Origin: Paenibacillus phage Dash
Length of the DNA stretch: 32,000 nt
Sequence record: OP503990.1
Reading direction: 5' to 3' (one strand)
The position numbers and the translations under genes were made by a program. Shown here piece by piece: positions 7,589-17,120 of the stretch. Numbering within the stretch: the stretch's first letter is position 1; every line of letters starts with the position of its first letter. Under the pieces are notes generated by a model, which did not search any database, had not been told where the DNA came from, and worked only from the letters and a program-made list of their open reading frames with translations.

Positions 7589-10225
7589 ATGGCGTTAATT
7601 GTAAAAATCGGGGCTGACATACGCAATTTTGATAGGGACATGAAAAAGCTAACGAAGGACACAGAGACCATAGGGAGCAAATTTACTGGCGTTGGAAAGG
7701 CATTAACTGCCGGTTTGACTGTTCCAGTTGTTGCTCTTGGTGCAGCATCCGTAAAAATGGGGATGGACTTTGAAGCCGGCATGTCAACCGTAAAAGCCAT
7801 CACAGGAGCAACTGGGAAAGATTTTGAAGACCTTCAGGAAACGGCAAAGGAATTAGGAGCTACAACCGTCTTCAGTGCCTCAGAAGCCGCAGAAGGAATG
7901 AAATATCTCGGTTTAGCTGGTTGGAAGACACAAGATATTATCTCAGCCATGCCGGGTATGTTGGATTTGGCTGCTGCTGGAGCTTTGGACTTAGGTACAG
8001 CGGCAGATATAACGTCAGATACCATGCAAGCCTTTGGCATGGCGGCGGATCGAGCCACACATGCGGCAGACGTGTTTGCGTATGCCTCCTCTAACTCCAA
8101 CACAACGGTAGAAATGCTAGGGGAAGGGATGAAATACCTGGCACCTGTTGCGAACCAGTTTGGTTGGAGCCTGGAAGAATCTTCGGCGGCGATGATGTTT
8201 TTGGCAGATGCAGGACTCAAAGGATCCATTGCCGGGCAAGCTTTTGCATCCTCTCTAACACGACTGGCGAAGCCGACCGCTGAAATGGAAAAAGTCATGA
8301 AGGCCACAGGGATTTCGTTTTTTGACGCGCAAGGGAAGATGAAAAGCATGCCGGATCTCATTGCAGAAATAGAAAAAGGAACCCAAGGAATGACCGATCA
8401 GCAAAAATCAGCGACGCTATCCACGCTATTTGGTGCAGAAGCCTACAAACACTGGGCTATTTTGCTTGGAAGAGGCTCTGACCAACTTCAAAATATGACC
8501 ACTAACCTGGAGCAATCAGATGGCACAGCCAAACGTATGTCTGACACGATGACCCAAAACTTAAAGGGCGCCGTGAAGGAAATGTCCTCCGCCTTTGAGA
8601 GGGTGGCACTCATTTTATACGATCGCCTCAAACCAGCTTTACAAGCTATCGTACAAGGAATTACAGCTGCACTCCGATGGTTTCAAAATCTTAGTCCAGA
8701 AACTCAAAAAATTATTGGCATTATTGCAGCCACTACTGCTGCAATTGGTCCACTATTGCTCATAATCGGATCAGTGATAATTTTTGTAGGGCAGTTTAGT
8801 GCGGCCCTTACGGCATTGGGCATTACATTTACTGGTTTGATTGGTGGGCTAGGTTTAGTAGTAGCGGCCATAGCCGCAGTTATCGCTATCGTAATGAATT
8901 GGGATAGTATAAAAGATTTCTTCATCGGTCTTTGGGATGGAATTGTATCTTACCTATCCCAAGCCTGGGAAAGCATAACGTCAGCATGTGCGGCTGCGTG
9001 GCAGTATGTCAGTGATCTAACAAGCGACATATGGAATGGCATAAAAGATTTCTTTGTCGGCCTTTGGAATGGGATAGTAGAAGCTTGTTCCACAGCATGG
9101 CAGTTTATTTCGGATGTTACTAACACTGTATGGACGGCCATAAGAGATTTTCTCGTTGGTCTTTGGAATGGAATAGTAGAGTTTATGACTCCAATTTTCC
9201 AAACAATCGGATCCGTTATAAGCGGAATTTGGAATGTAATTTCCACAGTAACTAGTGCCGTTTGGGGGTATATTTCCCAATACCTCGTAGCCATCTGGAA
9301 CGCTATTATGTATTTTGCTACTCCAGTTTTCCAGGCCATAGGAGATTTCATTTCAGCGACTTGGAACACGATCCAAACAGTAAGCAGTACGGTATGGAAT
9401 GCAATAAGCAGCTTTTTAATGGGAATTTGGAATGGAATTGTTAGTTTTGCCACGCCAATATTCCAAGCCGTCGGGGACTTTATAGGTGCAGTCTGGAACA
9501 CCATTAAACAGGTTAGTAGCACAGTTTGGAACGCTATTACCGGGTTTTTGGTTAATATTTGGAATGGAATATCATCAAATATGACCTATTATTTTAACCT
9601 TTTTAAATCCGTTGTAAGTGTAGTGTGGGAAGCGATTAAAAGCACTTCCAACAGCATATGGAACGGGATAAAAAGTGTCTTAGAAGGAATCTGGAATGGC
9701 ATAAAAGTTGCGGCTCAAGTAGTGTGGAATGGCCTTAAAATCGTGATTATTGAGCCTGTTAAGGCTATTTCCGAAAAAGTAACTAGCATTTTTTCGGCTA
9801 TGAAAGAAGTTATCATGGGAGTTTGGGAAGGCATAAAAACGGGAATTAAAGCAGTTTTAAATGGAGTTATCTGGATTATCAATAAATTTATTGACGCCTT
9901 CAACACTCCTGCCGAACTATTAAATAATATTCCTGGTGTAGATGCACCTATCATTCCCCATATTCCCATGCTTGCAAAAGGCGGTAATGTATTTGGATCT
10001 GGGTCTGCCATAGTCGGGGAGGCTGGCCCGGAACTAATCGAAAAAAGTGGTAGTAGTGTAAAGGTTACTCCCCTTAGCGCAGGAGAGAAGGCACGCGGTG
10101 TTTCTGGTGGAGGTTATACCGCTAACATCAATATTTATACGGACAGCACTTCACCTGCGAACATGGCACGCAAACTACGCCGGGCTCAACAAAGACAAGG
10201 CTTAGAATGGGGGTTTGTCACATGA
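7589..10225 (+). CDS. phage tail tape measure protein
   Basis: FEAGMSTVKAITGATGKDFEDLQETAKELGATTVFSASEAAEGMKYLGLAGWKTQDI (TP901-type core), hydrophobic segments, Trp-rich repeats. Confidence 0.97.
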   Translation: MALIVKIGADIRNFDRDMKKLTKDTETIGSKFTGVGKALTAGLTVPVVALGAASVKMGMDFEAGMSTVKAITGATGKDFEDLQETAKELGATTVFSASEAAEGMKYLGLAGWKTQDIISAMPGMLDLAAAGALDLGTAADITSDTMQAFGMAADRATHAADVFAYASSNSNTTVEMLGEGMKYLAPVANQFGWSLEESSAAMMFLADAGLKGSIAGQAFASSLTRLAKPTAEMEKVMKATGISFFDAQGKMKSMPDLIAEIEKGTQGMTDQQKSATLSTLFGAEAYKHWAILLGRGSDQLQNMTTNLEQSDGTAKRMSDTMTQNLKGAVKEMSSAFERVALILYDRLKPALQAIVQGITAALRWFQNLSPETQKIIGIIAATTAAIGPLLLIIGSVIIFVGQFSAALTALGITFTGLIGGLGLVVAAIAAVIAIVMNWDSIKDFFIGLWDGIVSYLSQAWESITSACAAAWQYVSDLTSDIWNGIKDFFVGLWNGIVEACSTAWQFISDVTNTVWTAIRDFLVGLWNGIVEFMTPIFQTIGSVISGIWNVISTVTSAVWGYISQYLVAIWNAIMYFATPVFQAIGDFISATWNTIQTVSSTVWNAISSFLMGIWNGIVSFATPIFQAVGDFIGAVWNTIKQVSSTVWNAITGFLVNIWNGISSNMTYYFNLFKSVVSVVWEAIKSTSNSIWNGIKSVLEGIWNGIKVAAQVVWNGLKIVIIEPVKAISEKVTSIFSAMKEVIMGVWEGIKTGIKAVLNGVIWIINKFIDAFNTPAELLNNIPGVDAPIIPHIPMLAKGGNVFGSGSAIVGEAGPELIEKSGSSVKVTPLSAGEKARGVSGGGYTANINIYTDSTSPANMARKLRRAQQRQGLEWGFVT

Positions 10226-11073
10226 TCACTTTTACAAATTCTCGCGGTCAGAGCATTAACATTGACAAATCCCCATTCAAGCTGATTGATTTTGACCCAG
10301 GACGCGCAACCACGAACTTTCAGACCGGAAAGTCTGCTAACCAGGATGGGGAAATCTATATTGATAATTACCTTGAATCGCGAGAACTCAAAATTGAATT
10401 ATTAATTGTCTCGAAAGACAGTAAGCAGCGGTTGGAACTGGAGAGAACATTAAATCAAATTTTTAATCCAAAATTAGGCGAAGGAAAGTTAGTATACGCA
10501 TCTGCTGGAGGACAAAGGGCTATTCAACCAGTTCCTGACGGTTCTCCTATCTTTCTTTCAGGTTACGACAAAAAAACGCCTAAAGTACGCCGGATTTCTA
10601 TTCCCCTCATTGCTCACAATCCTTACTGGTCAGATGTGAATCCAACAAGCCGCCAAATGAGTTACATCATGGGAGGTTACCGGTTTTCCCTTCGGCTCCC
10701 TGTAGCTTTCTCCAAACGCTCGTTTCAACGCGAGGTCGTAAATGAAGGGGACGTGGAAACACCAGTGAAAATTGAATTTAAGGGTCCGGCTCAGAATCCT
10801 ACTGTCTACAACCGAACCACGGGTGAATTTATCCGGGTTAAACGGAATCTGAGTGAAAATGACATCTTGCATATTGATACAGAGTTTGGGAACAAACGAG
10901 TAGAGATTGTCCGCGCAAGCGGTACGATAGAAAACGCTTTTCATTTTATAGATTTGGCTAGTTCATTTTTTCAGTTGGTACCGGGCTCAAACACACTGGA
11001 ATATAACAGCAATAACGATAGTAGCAAAACAAAGGTTATCGTCAGCTATAAAAACCGATACGTGGGGGTGTAA
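10207..11073 (+). CDS. phage distal tail protein (Dit-like, phage tail family)
   Basis: MITFTNSRGQSINIDKSPFKLIDFD..., RELKIELLIVSKDSKQRLELERTLNQIFNPK; follows the tape measure gene; ATG at 10222 is a possible alternative start. Confidence 0.83.
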   Translation: MGVCHMITFTNSRGQSINIDKSPFKLIDFDPGRATTNFQTGKSANQDGEIYIDNYLESRELKIELLIVSKDSKQRLELERTLNQIFNPKLGEGKLVYASAGGQRAIQPVPDGSPIFLSGYDKKTPKVRRISIPLIAHNPYWSDVNPTSRQMSYIMGGYRFSLRLPVAFSKRSFQREVVNEGDVETPVKIEFKGPAQNPTVYNRTTGEFIRVKRNLSENDILHIDTEFGNKRVEIVRASGTIENAFHFIDLASSFFQLVPGSNTLEYNSNNDSSKTKVIVSYKNRYVGV

Positions 11074-11075
11074 GG

Positions 11076-12194
11076 ATGGAGCCTATCAGACTCATCGACA
11101 CGGATTTTAATCTTTTGGGTGAAGTAGATGCTTATACATCTCTGCAATGGATCAGGCGCTGGCACAGACCCGGTGAGGTCGAACTGCATATACATCCTTT
11201 CATGCAAAATGCAGATAAGCTCCAAGAAGACGTGATCCTATTTAAAGCTAGTCGCCCACAAGAGGCAGCCATGATTAAGTATCGGGAAATTACGATGGGT
11301 GAAGATGGAGAAGAGGAACTCATCATTAAGGGTAGTATGCTGGCTAATCTAATCGGAAGGCGTATCACGTACCCGCCCGAAGGAAAAGCCTATGACTATA
11401 TGAACGCGCCCATCGAAACCATTGTAAAGCAAATAGTGAAACATAATTGTGTGAACCCGACTGACAAAGAACGTATCATCCCGGGTTTAATCTATGCACC
11501 TGATCGAGGTCGAGGGGAGAAAATCCAGTTCCAAACGCGGTATAAACCATTGGGCGAAGAAATAGAGAAGCTTAGTTTAATGTCTCAAATGGGTTGGGAG
11601 GTATCGTTAGATATCGAAAATCGGCGGTATGTATTTGACATGCTAACCGGACGAAACCTAACGGCTGACCAGGATGTCCGCCCTCCTGCTATCTTTAGCA
11701 CGGCGTATGACAACATTGAGAGCCAAAGCTATACCAATAGTGCGATAGGGTATAAAAACATAGCTGTGGTCGGTGGACAAGGCGAGGGAGAAGATCGGAA
11801 AATCGTTACGGTAGGTACATCAACAGGTCTAAATAGATATGAAATGTTTGTCGATGCCAGGGACGTTGGGACTCAAGAAGAGGGCTCAGAACCTCTCTCA
11901 GAAGAGCAGATAAAGACAATGCTGACGGATAGAGGACGTGAAAAATTGGCGGAAGTAAAACGGGTAGAGTCTCTCGAAGCCAAGATTCTAACCCAATCCA
12001 ATCTCACCTACCGTAAGGATTACGATTTAGGGGATGTCGTGACTGTGCTAAACCGTCAGTGGGGGTTGACGATGAACACAAGAATTACAGAAGTAGCGGA
12101 AGTATATGAACCCTCCCAAGTTCGCATAGATGTTACTTTTGGTAACAGTATTCCGACACTAGCGGATGTAATAGGACGAAAACTAAGGAGTTGA
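11076..12194 (+). CDS. siphovirus ReqiPepy6 Gp37-like / tail-associated protein
   Basis: MEPIRLIDTDFNLLGEVDAYTSLQWIRRWHRPGEVELHI...ELIIKGSMLANLIGRRITYPP; typical of this family. Confidence 0.85.
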   Translation: MEPIRLIDTDFNLLGEVDAYTSLQWIRRWHRPGEVELHIHPFMQNADKLQEDVILFKASRPQEAAMIKYREITMGEDGEEELIIKGSMLANLIGRRITYPPEGKAYDYMNAPIETIVKQIVKHNCVNPTDKERIIPGLIYAPDRGRGEKIQFQTRYKPLGEEIEKLSLMSQMGWEVSLDIENRRYVFDMLTGRNLTADQDVRPPAIFSTAYDNIESQSYTNSAIGYKNIAVVGGQGEGEDRKIVTVGTSTGLNRYEMFVDARDVGTQEEGSEPLSEEQIKTMLTDRGREKLAEVKRVESLEAKILTQSNLTYRKDYDLGDVVTVLNRQWGLTMNTRITEVAEVYEPSQVRIDVTFGNSIPTLADVIGRKLRS

Positions 12195-13273
12195 TGAGGT
12201 TGGCAGAAACCTACAGATTTTTTGATTCGACGGATACGGACGAGCGACTCTACTCGGCAGATGAATTTGCCGAGTATTTTCGACAAGTCCTAAGTGACGG
12301 CGTGTTTAACGGCGGCACAAATCTTAAGGTAGAAAGCACAGGTAAAAACATGGAAACCTATATTCAGCCAGGTTATGCCTGGTTGCAAGGATATCTATAT
12401 GCCGTAAAGGATACGAAGCTAAACCTACAGCACCCTTATCCACATGCTACGCTGGATCGTATTGATCGGGTAGTTGTGCGTTTGGATAAACGACTAGAAC
12501 ATCGGTATTTAAAGGCTTTTGTTAAAGAAGGGACACCCTCGACTAGTCCCAGCCCTCCTGCATTAACACGTAACGACAACGTGTTTGAAATCAGCCTGGC
12601 GCAAGTGAAAATAGTAAAAGGTAAATCTTATATCGAAGCTTACCAAATAACAGATGAGAGGCTAAACAAAACTGTATGCGGCATTGTTAACTCCCTTATA
12701 CAGGCCGATACTACCACTATTTTTAATCAATTTAAACATTGGTTTGACTCTCGAACCGCGGATTTTGAAAAAGAATGGAAAGACTGGCTGGAAGAAATGA
12801 AGGACAAGGGGGGCGGTAAATTTGGCGTAACATCCGTCAACGGTAAGACCGGGGATGTGATACTTATGGCCAAACATGTTGGAGCTCCAAGTATAAATGA
12901 TCTTCGAGCATACGCCCTGAAAGGCGAACCCGCGGGGCAGTACACACCTACGTTTTTGAATGGATGGTACGTACAAGCGGGCGAAGTCAAAGGAGTTTGC
13001 TACTACAAGGATCAATTTGGCTATGTCCACCTTTATGGCACTTGCTCAGGGACTAAAACTGAGTTTGGCACACCCTTGTTCAACCTCCCGGCTGGGTTTC
13101 GTCCAAGTGGTGTAATCCGCGTTGGTTGTCTGATGATCAACTTTGCAGACTACTCCAGATCTATTCAATTTCTGGGTGTGTATCCCAGTGGAGAGGTATT
13201 GGTAGAAAGTTATGGGCTACCCGGTTTTGTCTCGTTTACCATTTTCCCCTCCACATTTTACGGACAAAGGTAG
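12191..13273 (+). CDS. baseplate/tail fibre-like structural protein
   Basis: DSTDTDERLYSADEFAEYFRQVLSDGVFNGGTNLKV...YIQPGYAWLQGYLYAV; GVTSVNGKTGDVILMAKHVGAPSINDL fibre-like segment; position. Confidence 0.72.
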   Translation: MMRLAETYRFFDSTDTDERLYSADEFAEYFRQVLSDGVFNGGTNLKVESTGKNMETYIQPGYAWLQGYLYAVKDTKLNLQHPYPHATLDRIDRVVVRLDKRLEHRYLKAFVKEGTPSTSPSPPALTRNDNVFEISLAQVKIVKGKSYIEAYQITDERLNKTVCGIVNSLIQADTTTIFNQFKHWFDSRTADFEKEWKDWLEEMKDKGGGKFGVTSVNGKTGDVILMAKHVGAPSINDLRAYALKGEPAGQYTPTFLNGWYVQAGEVKGVCYYKDQFGYVHLYGTCSGTKTEFGTPLFNLPAGFRPSGVIRVGCLMINFADYSRSIQFLGVYPSGEVLVESYGLPGFVSFTIFPSTFYGQR

Positions 13274-13621
13274 GTGTTTGAGATGGATAAGATCATACAA
13301 GCGAGTCGAGTAGACAAAGCAGGTAAATACGTAGAAGCGTTGGCACTCATAGAGAAAGATGGCAAGTATTTTAACCTTTTAGATCAAGAGGTACCCATAG
13401 ATGATACTGTCGTATTTGATCCTTTACCCATGCCGATTTATACGCCTATTTGGGATTTTAAAACTAAGACATGGAAAGAAGGTTTATCTCAAGAGGAAAT
13501 TGATCAGATCAAAAATCGCCCAGATCCTCCAAACCCAATGAAGGTCATGGAAAAACAGATCAAAGCACTGCAAAAAGCACTGAACTACGTCCTAGTCGAC
13601 CAAGAGGAGGCGAGCCGATGA
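13274..13621 (+). CDS. small phage tail-associated protein (XkdW-like)
   Basis: Position between fibre and XkdX-like genes; P-rich mid segment YTPIWDFKTKTWKEGLSQEEID typical of tail chaperone/XkdW-like proteins. Confidence 0.5.
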   Translation: MFEMDKIIQASRVDKAGKYVEALALIEKDGKYFNLLDQEVPIDDTVVFDPLPMPIYTPIWDFKTKTWKEGLSQEEIDQIKNRPDPPNPMKVMEKQIKALQKALNYVLVDQEEASR

Positions 13622-13779
13622 AAAGTGAACTGTATCCCCACTTTTATTATTGCTGGTGTAACCAAACCGTAACCCCAAGGCAGTTGGAGCGAGCCGTGGA
13701 GAAAGGGTTTATCACGGAAAAAGAGCGTAAAACGATATGTCAAGTGGAGGTGAGAGAAGATGGAAGACCAAATTTTTAA
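13618..13779 (+). CDS. XkdX family protein (53 aa; absent from the supplied ORF track)
   Basis: Hand translation MKSELYPHFYYCWCNQTVTPRQLERAVEKGFITEKERKTICQVEVREDGRPNF*; overlaps both neighbours; RBS gaggaggcgag. Confidence 0.7.
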   Translation: MKSELYPHFYYCWCNQTVTPRQLERAVEKGFITEKERKTICQVEVREDGRPNF

Positions 13780-13999
13780 TACAGCGCTAAATACCGGGAT
13801 ATTTGGTGCGCTGTTTATCTGGCTGCTTTTTACTACCATGAAGAAGAATGAAGTACGGGAGAAGGAGTATCAAAAGACCATTAGTGAGAACCAGGAAGTC
13901 ATTCGGGAGCAAGCCAAGTCTTTTAGCCTTCTTTCAAGTGATATTGCCGAGATTAAAGGGATTCTAAAAGGAAAACCTGGGGAAGGAGAAGCCCAATGA
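13760..13999 (+). CDS. BhlA/UviB-type holin-like protein
   Basis: One N-terminal TM segment (TALNTGIFGALFIWLLFTTMKK) then charged helix EKEYQKTISENQEVIREQAKSFSLLSSDIAEIK; upstream of amidase. Confidence 0.85.
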   Translation: MEDQIFNTALNTGIFGALFIWLLFTTMKKNEVREKEYQKTISENQEVIREQAKSFSLLSSDIAEIKGILKGKPGEGEAQ

Positions 14000-14673
14000 T
14001 GGAAATCAGACAGATGCTAGTAGGACCTAGCAAATATGGCATCAAATGTCCGAATAAAATGGCACCGAAATATATTACGTTTCACAATACCTATAATGAT
14101 GCCCCAGCAGAAAATGAGATTCGCTATATGATCGGGAACAATAACGAGGTTTCGTTCCACGTTGCTGTGGACGATATGGAAGCTGTTCAGGGCATTCCTT
14201 TTGATCGAAATGCCTGGCATTGCGGAGACGGGAACGGAACAGGAAACCGTCAGTCCATCGGCGTAGAGATTTGTTACTCTAAGTCCGGCGGCAACCGCTA
14301 TTACAAAGCAGAAGACCATGCGGCTATTATCATTGCCCAGCTTATGAAACAGTTTTGTATTCCTATTGGAAATGTGGTTCCGCACCAGCACTGGAGTGGT
14401 AAATACTGCCCGCACAGAATGTTAGATGAGGGAAGAGTGCCGAGTTTTATAGAACGTATTAAACAGGCATATGAAGGAGAGGAAGACATGAATAGAACAT
14501 TACAACTGGAAGATTGGCAGTGGAAACAGCTTTTCGACAATATGGGGTTAGCCTGGAATGCAGGGAAGTTTACAGATTGGGGTTGGATGGTTAAGATCGA
14601 AAACCACACCCTTACCGTTGATGAATTGGTATGGCTCAATAACCACATTTTGGTGAGTGGGCTTATAAGGTAG
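13996..14673 (+). CDS. N-acetylmuramoyl-L-alanine amidase (endolysin)
   Basis: YITFHNTYNDAPAENEIRYM....SFHVAVDD..AVQGIPFDRNAWHCGDG...SIGVEICYS...VVPHQHWSGKYCPHRML. Confidence 0.93.
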   Translation: MMEIRQMLVGPSKYGIKCPNKMAPKYITFHNTYNDAPAENEIRYMIGNNNEVSFHVAVDDMEAVQGIPFDRNAWHCGDGNGTGNRQSIGVEICYSKSGGNRYYKAEDHAAIIIAQLMKQFCIPIGNVVPHQHWSGKYCPHRMLDEGRVPSFIERIKQAYEGEEDMNRTLQLEDWQWKQLFDNMGLAWNAGKFTDWGWMVKIENHTLTVDELVWLNNHILVSGLIR

Positions 14674-15144
14674 ATGGTTATGAAAAACCGGATATCGTTG
14701 GAGGTGAGCCATTCGACTAAACTCGATAAGTGGATTGCAGGACGACACTATTTGAAATCCACACCAGCTGGAGCAAGGCTGCGCTTATGGATTCTGGACG
14801 ATCAGGGGAATCGAATAGGGGCAATGATGTGGGGGCGACCCGTTGCAAGAAACTTGGAACAGACATCTTTGCTCGAACTCACAAGAATGTACCTCATTGA
14901 TGATACGATTCCAAACGCAGAATCTAAGGCTCTCTCGCTTGCGAGGAAGTACATCCGTAAACACTTTCCTGATGTAAAGGGACTAGTCGCTTATTCGAGT
15001 ACCGGGCAGGGACACGAAGGAATCATATACAAAGCTGATAATTGGTTTATGTTTGGCTTAACCAAGTCGGGTAAATGGTCAAATCGAGACGGTCGCACTG
15101 ATAGAGACACGTCAGGAAAAGTACGGTGGTGCAGGTCACCATAA
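14674..15144 (+). CDS. Mom-like DNA modification protein (GNAT-like fold)
   Basis: KWIAGRHYLKSTPAGARLRLWILD..GNRIGAMMWGRP..., LLELTRMYLIDD...ESKALSLARKYIRKHFPDVKGLVAYSSTGQGHEGIIYKADNWFMFGLTKSGKW: matches the Mom family pattern (HY, LxRmyi.D, S......GH.G.iYkA.nW). Confidence 0.75.
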   Translation: MVMKNRISLEVSHSTKLDKWIAGRHYLKSTPAGARLRLWILDDQGNRIGAMMWGRPVARNLEQTSLLELTRMYLIDDTIPNAESKALSLARKYIRKHFPDVKGLVAYSSTGQGHEGIIYKADNWFMFGLTKSGKWSNRDGRTDRDTSGKVRWCRSP

Positions 15145-15161
15145 ACGATTAGGAGGATGCA

Positions 15162-15440
15162 ATGAAAAAGTATCGTAAAAAGCCTGTTGTAGTATCGGCA
15201 GGTCGGTGGTGGAAGGCGGGAGATGTGCCTGATGCCCAAATACGGGAACTTGATCATGACGGGGTTTGCAAAAATATTTGTAGAGTATGTGGAAATTCCA
15301 TATCTATGCATGGACAATGTAAAACGTTAGAGGGGCATCACATCGTCTGCCCAGGTGATTACATCATTCGAGGCGTTAAGGGAGAGTACTATCCATGCAA
15401 GCCGGATATTTTCACTGAGACTTATGAACTTGTGGAATAA
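15162..15440 (+). CDS. conserved phage hypothetical protein with CxxC-type cysteines
   Basis: MKKYRKKPVVVSAGRW...ICRVCGNSISMHG....HHIVCPGDYIIRGVKGEYYPCKPDIFTETYE; good RBS aggagg. Confidence 0.75.
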   Translation: MKKYRKKPVVVSAGRWWKAGDVPDAQIRELDHDGVCKNICRVCGNSISMHGQCKTLEGHHIVCPGDYIIRGVKGEYYPCKPDIFTETYELVE

Positions 15441-15452
15441 GGGGAGGACGCT

Positions 15453-15695
15453 ATGAATATAGAAATTACAGATGCTTTACTGGTTGCTGTTATCGTGGGT
15501 TTTGTAGAAATATCGAAAAGGATGGGGTTACCCGTTCGTTTGGCTCCCGTTCTGTCCGTTATCCTGGGCATCATAGCAGGCGTTGTTTACTTCCCAGGTG
15601 ATGTGAAGACGAGCGTTATGTTTGGTATTATTTCTGGTCTTACTTCATGCGGGCTATATAGTGCTGGTAAGAGTGCAGTAAAGAAAGAACAATAA
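15453..15695 (+). CDS. second phage holin-like membrane protein
   Basis: Hydrophobic DALLVAVIVGFVEISKR...RLAPVLSVILGIIAGVVYF...SVMFGIISGLTSCGLYSAG; lysis-region position. Confidence 0.75.
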   Translation: MNIEITDALLVAVIVGFVEISKRMGLPVRLAPVLSVILGIIAGVVYFPGDVKTSVMFGIISGLTSCGLYSAGKSAVKKEQ

Positions 15696-15704
15696 ACATA
15701 GTTA

Positions 15705-15781
15705 AACCCGCGGGCTTTGATATGCTCCCCTTTAGGTAGACAGATGAATGAAGGGGAACATATCACTTTGGCTTGCGGGTT
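15705..15781 (+). terminator. large stepped stem-loop at the end of the late operon
   Basis: Three nested exact helices: 15705-15711/15775-15781 (AACCCGC/GCGGGTT), 15719-15724/15759-15764 (GATATG/CATATC), 15726-15732/15751-15757 (TCCCCTT/AAGGGGA), followed by ATTTT. Confidence 0.6.
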
Positions 15782-15937
15782 ATTTTGCGCTAAGTCTAAG
15801 CACAAGTATTTTGTTTTGGTCCACCTTTGAAAGATATCTTATGAATTCTTCATTCAGTCTTTTTTGGGATGGTGATGACTTCGATTAATTTAGATTTCAT
15901 TCGAATTATTTTTTTATAGCAGAGGAATCGAATAAAC

Positions 15938-15967
15938 TTGACCAAGAACATTTATATTATATATAAT
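15938..15967 (+). promoter_or_regulatory. candidate promoter for the ietAS operon
   Basis: TTGACC (15938-15943) 18-bp spacer TATAAT (15962-15967), 40 bp before the ATG at 16008. Confidence 0.55.
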
Positions 15968-16007
15968 TAAACCATTCGATAAACGAGGAAGGAAATGGTG
16001 AAATCGA

Positions 16008-17120
16008 ATGAATGCTGTTTTGAAGCAATTACCATCCCTTATTAGAGCTTCACTTGACGGTGATAAAAGAACTGTTGAATTGTCGGTTCTGTCGATCATT
16101 AGGAAGATAAAAAAAGAAAATCCACTTTTATCTTCAGAGCTGGCTGAAATTATTACAACTTATAATGCTGGAGCTCCTTTAACAAGATCAATGGGTATTG
16201 AGCCTCCTCCTGTCGATAAGGATTCTTTTATGTCTTTAGTAAAGATAAGTGACTACTCAACTTTTGATCAAACTGTTATTTTAAACGAACAGATTGATAA
16301 GTCCATTCGACGTTTTTTAAAAGAAAGAGAGCTTATGACAAAGCTAATAGCTAATGGTATTAAACCACCAAATAGTATACTGTTTTACGGGCCACCTGGA
16401 GTTGGAAAAACTTTATTGACTAAATATGTAGCACATTGTCTGTCTTTACCTTTAATTACTTTAGATTTATCATCGGCAATCTCGAGTTATTTGGGCAAAA
16501 CAGGTCAAAATTTAAAAAAAATTCTAGATTACGGGAAAAATAGTCCATCTATTCTTCTCCTTGATGAATTTGATGCTGTTGCAAAAAGAAGAGATGATCC
16601 TTCTGATTTAGGGGAGTTGAAAAGAATTGTTAATGTTCTGTTGAAGGAGTTGGAGGAGTGGCCGGCACATTCCATCATTGTTGGTGCAACGAATCATCCG
16701 GAGTTCCTAGATAAAGCTATTTGGAGACGGTTTGACTTGAAAATAGAAATACCATTTCCGAATGAGGAGCAAAGGTTTCAACTATGGAAGTTTTATCTTA
16801 ATAAAGAAATTGTTGAAATCGAAGATTCACTTATAAGAGCTGTTGCAAAAGTTATTCAACAAATTAGCCCTTCAGATATTAAACAAATTTGCGACCATGT
16901 GTTGCGTCAAGTTATTGTGGAAGAATCTGATCCTATAAAGTCACTCATAACACGACTTAAAGAAACACATAGTGGAGATAATTCAAGTTTTAATAAAGTT
17001 ATGACAACTGCGCTCAAAGAAACATACGGGGGTAAGTTGTCCCAAGCCAAAATAGCAACTTTGTTAGGAATCAGTCCATCTACGGTCAATCATCATTTGA
17101 AGAAGTCGATTAAAAAATAA
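16008..17120 (+). CDS. ietA: anti-phage AAA+ ATPase IetA-like, with C-terminal HTH-like segment
   Basis: Walker A GPPGVGKTLLTKYVA, Walker B SILLLDEFDAVAKRR, sensor GATNHPEFLD, R-finger WRRFD; adjacent to the S8 protease; C-term LSQAKIATLLGISPSTVNHHLKK. Confidence 0.85.
   Translation: MNAVLKQLPSLIRASLDGDKRTVELSVLSIIRKIKKENPLLSSELAEIITTYNAGAPLTRSMGIEPPPVDKDSFMSLVKISDYSTFDQTVILNEQIDKSIRRFLKERELMTKLIANGIKPPNSILFYGPPGVGKTLLTKYVAHCLSLPLITLDLSSAISSYLGKTGQNLKKILDYGKNSPSILLLDEFDAVAKRRDDPSDLGELKRIVNVLLKELEEWPAHSIIVGATNHPEFLDKAIWRRFDLKIEIPFPNEEQRFQLWKFYLNKEIVEIEDSLIRAVAKVIQQISPSDIKQICDHVLRQVIVEESDPIKSLITRLKETHSGDNSSFNKVMTTALKETYGGKLSQAKIATLLGISPSTVNHHLKKSIKK

Noticed and set aside
8950-9522. 190-aa minus-strand ORF antisense to the tape measure gene
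   Set aside because: Low-complexity mirror of the Trp-rich repeats on the other strand; no RBS or homology pattern; same judgement for the other antisense ORFs in the late operon (1188..1457, 2233..2664, 4921..5241, 5785..6150, 7834..8361, 10630..10944, 14017..14415, 14991..15317).
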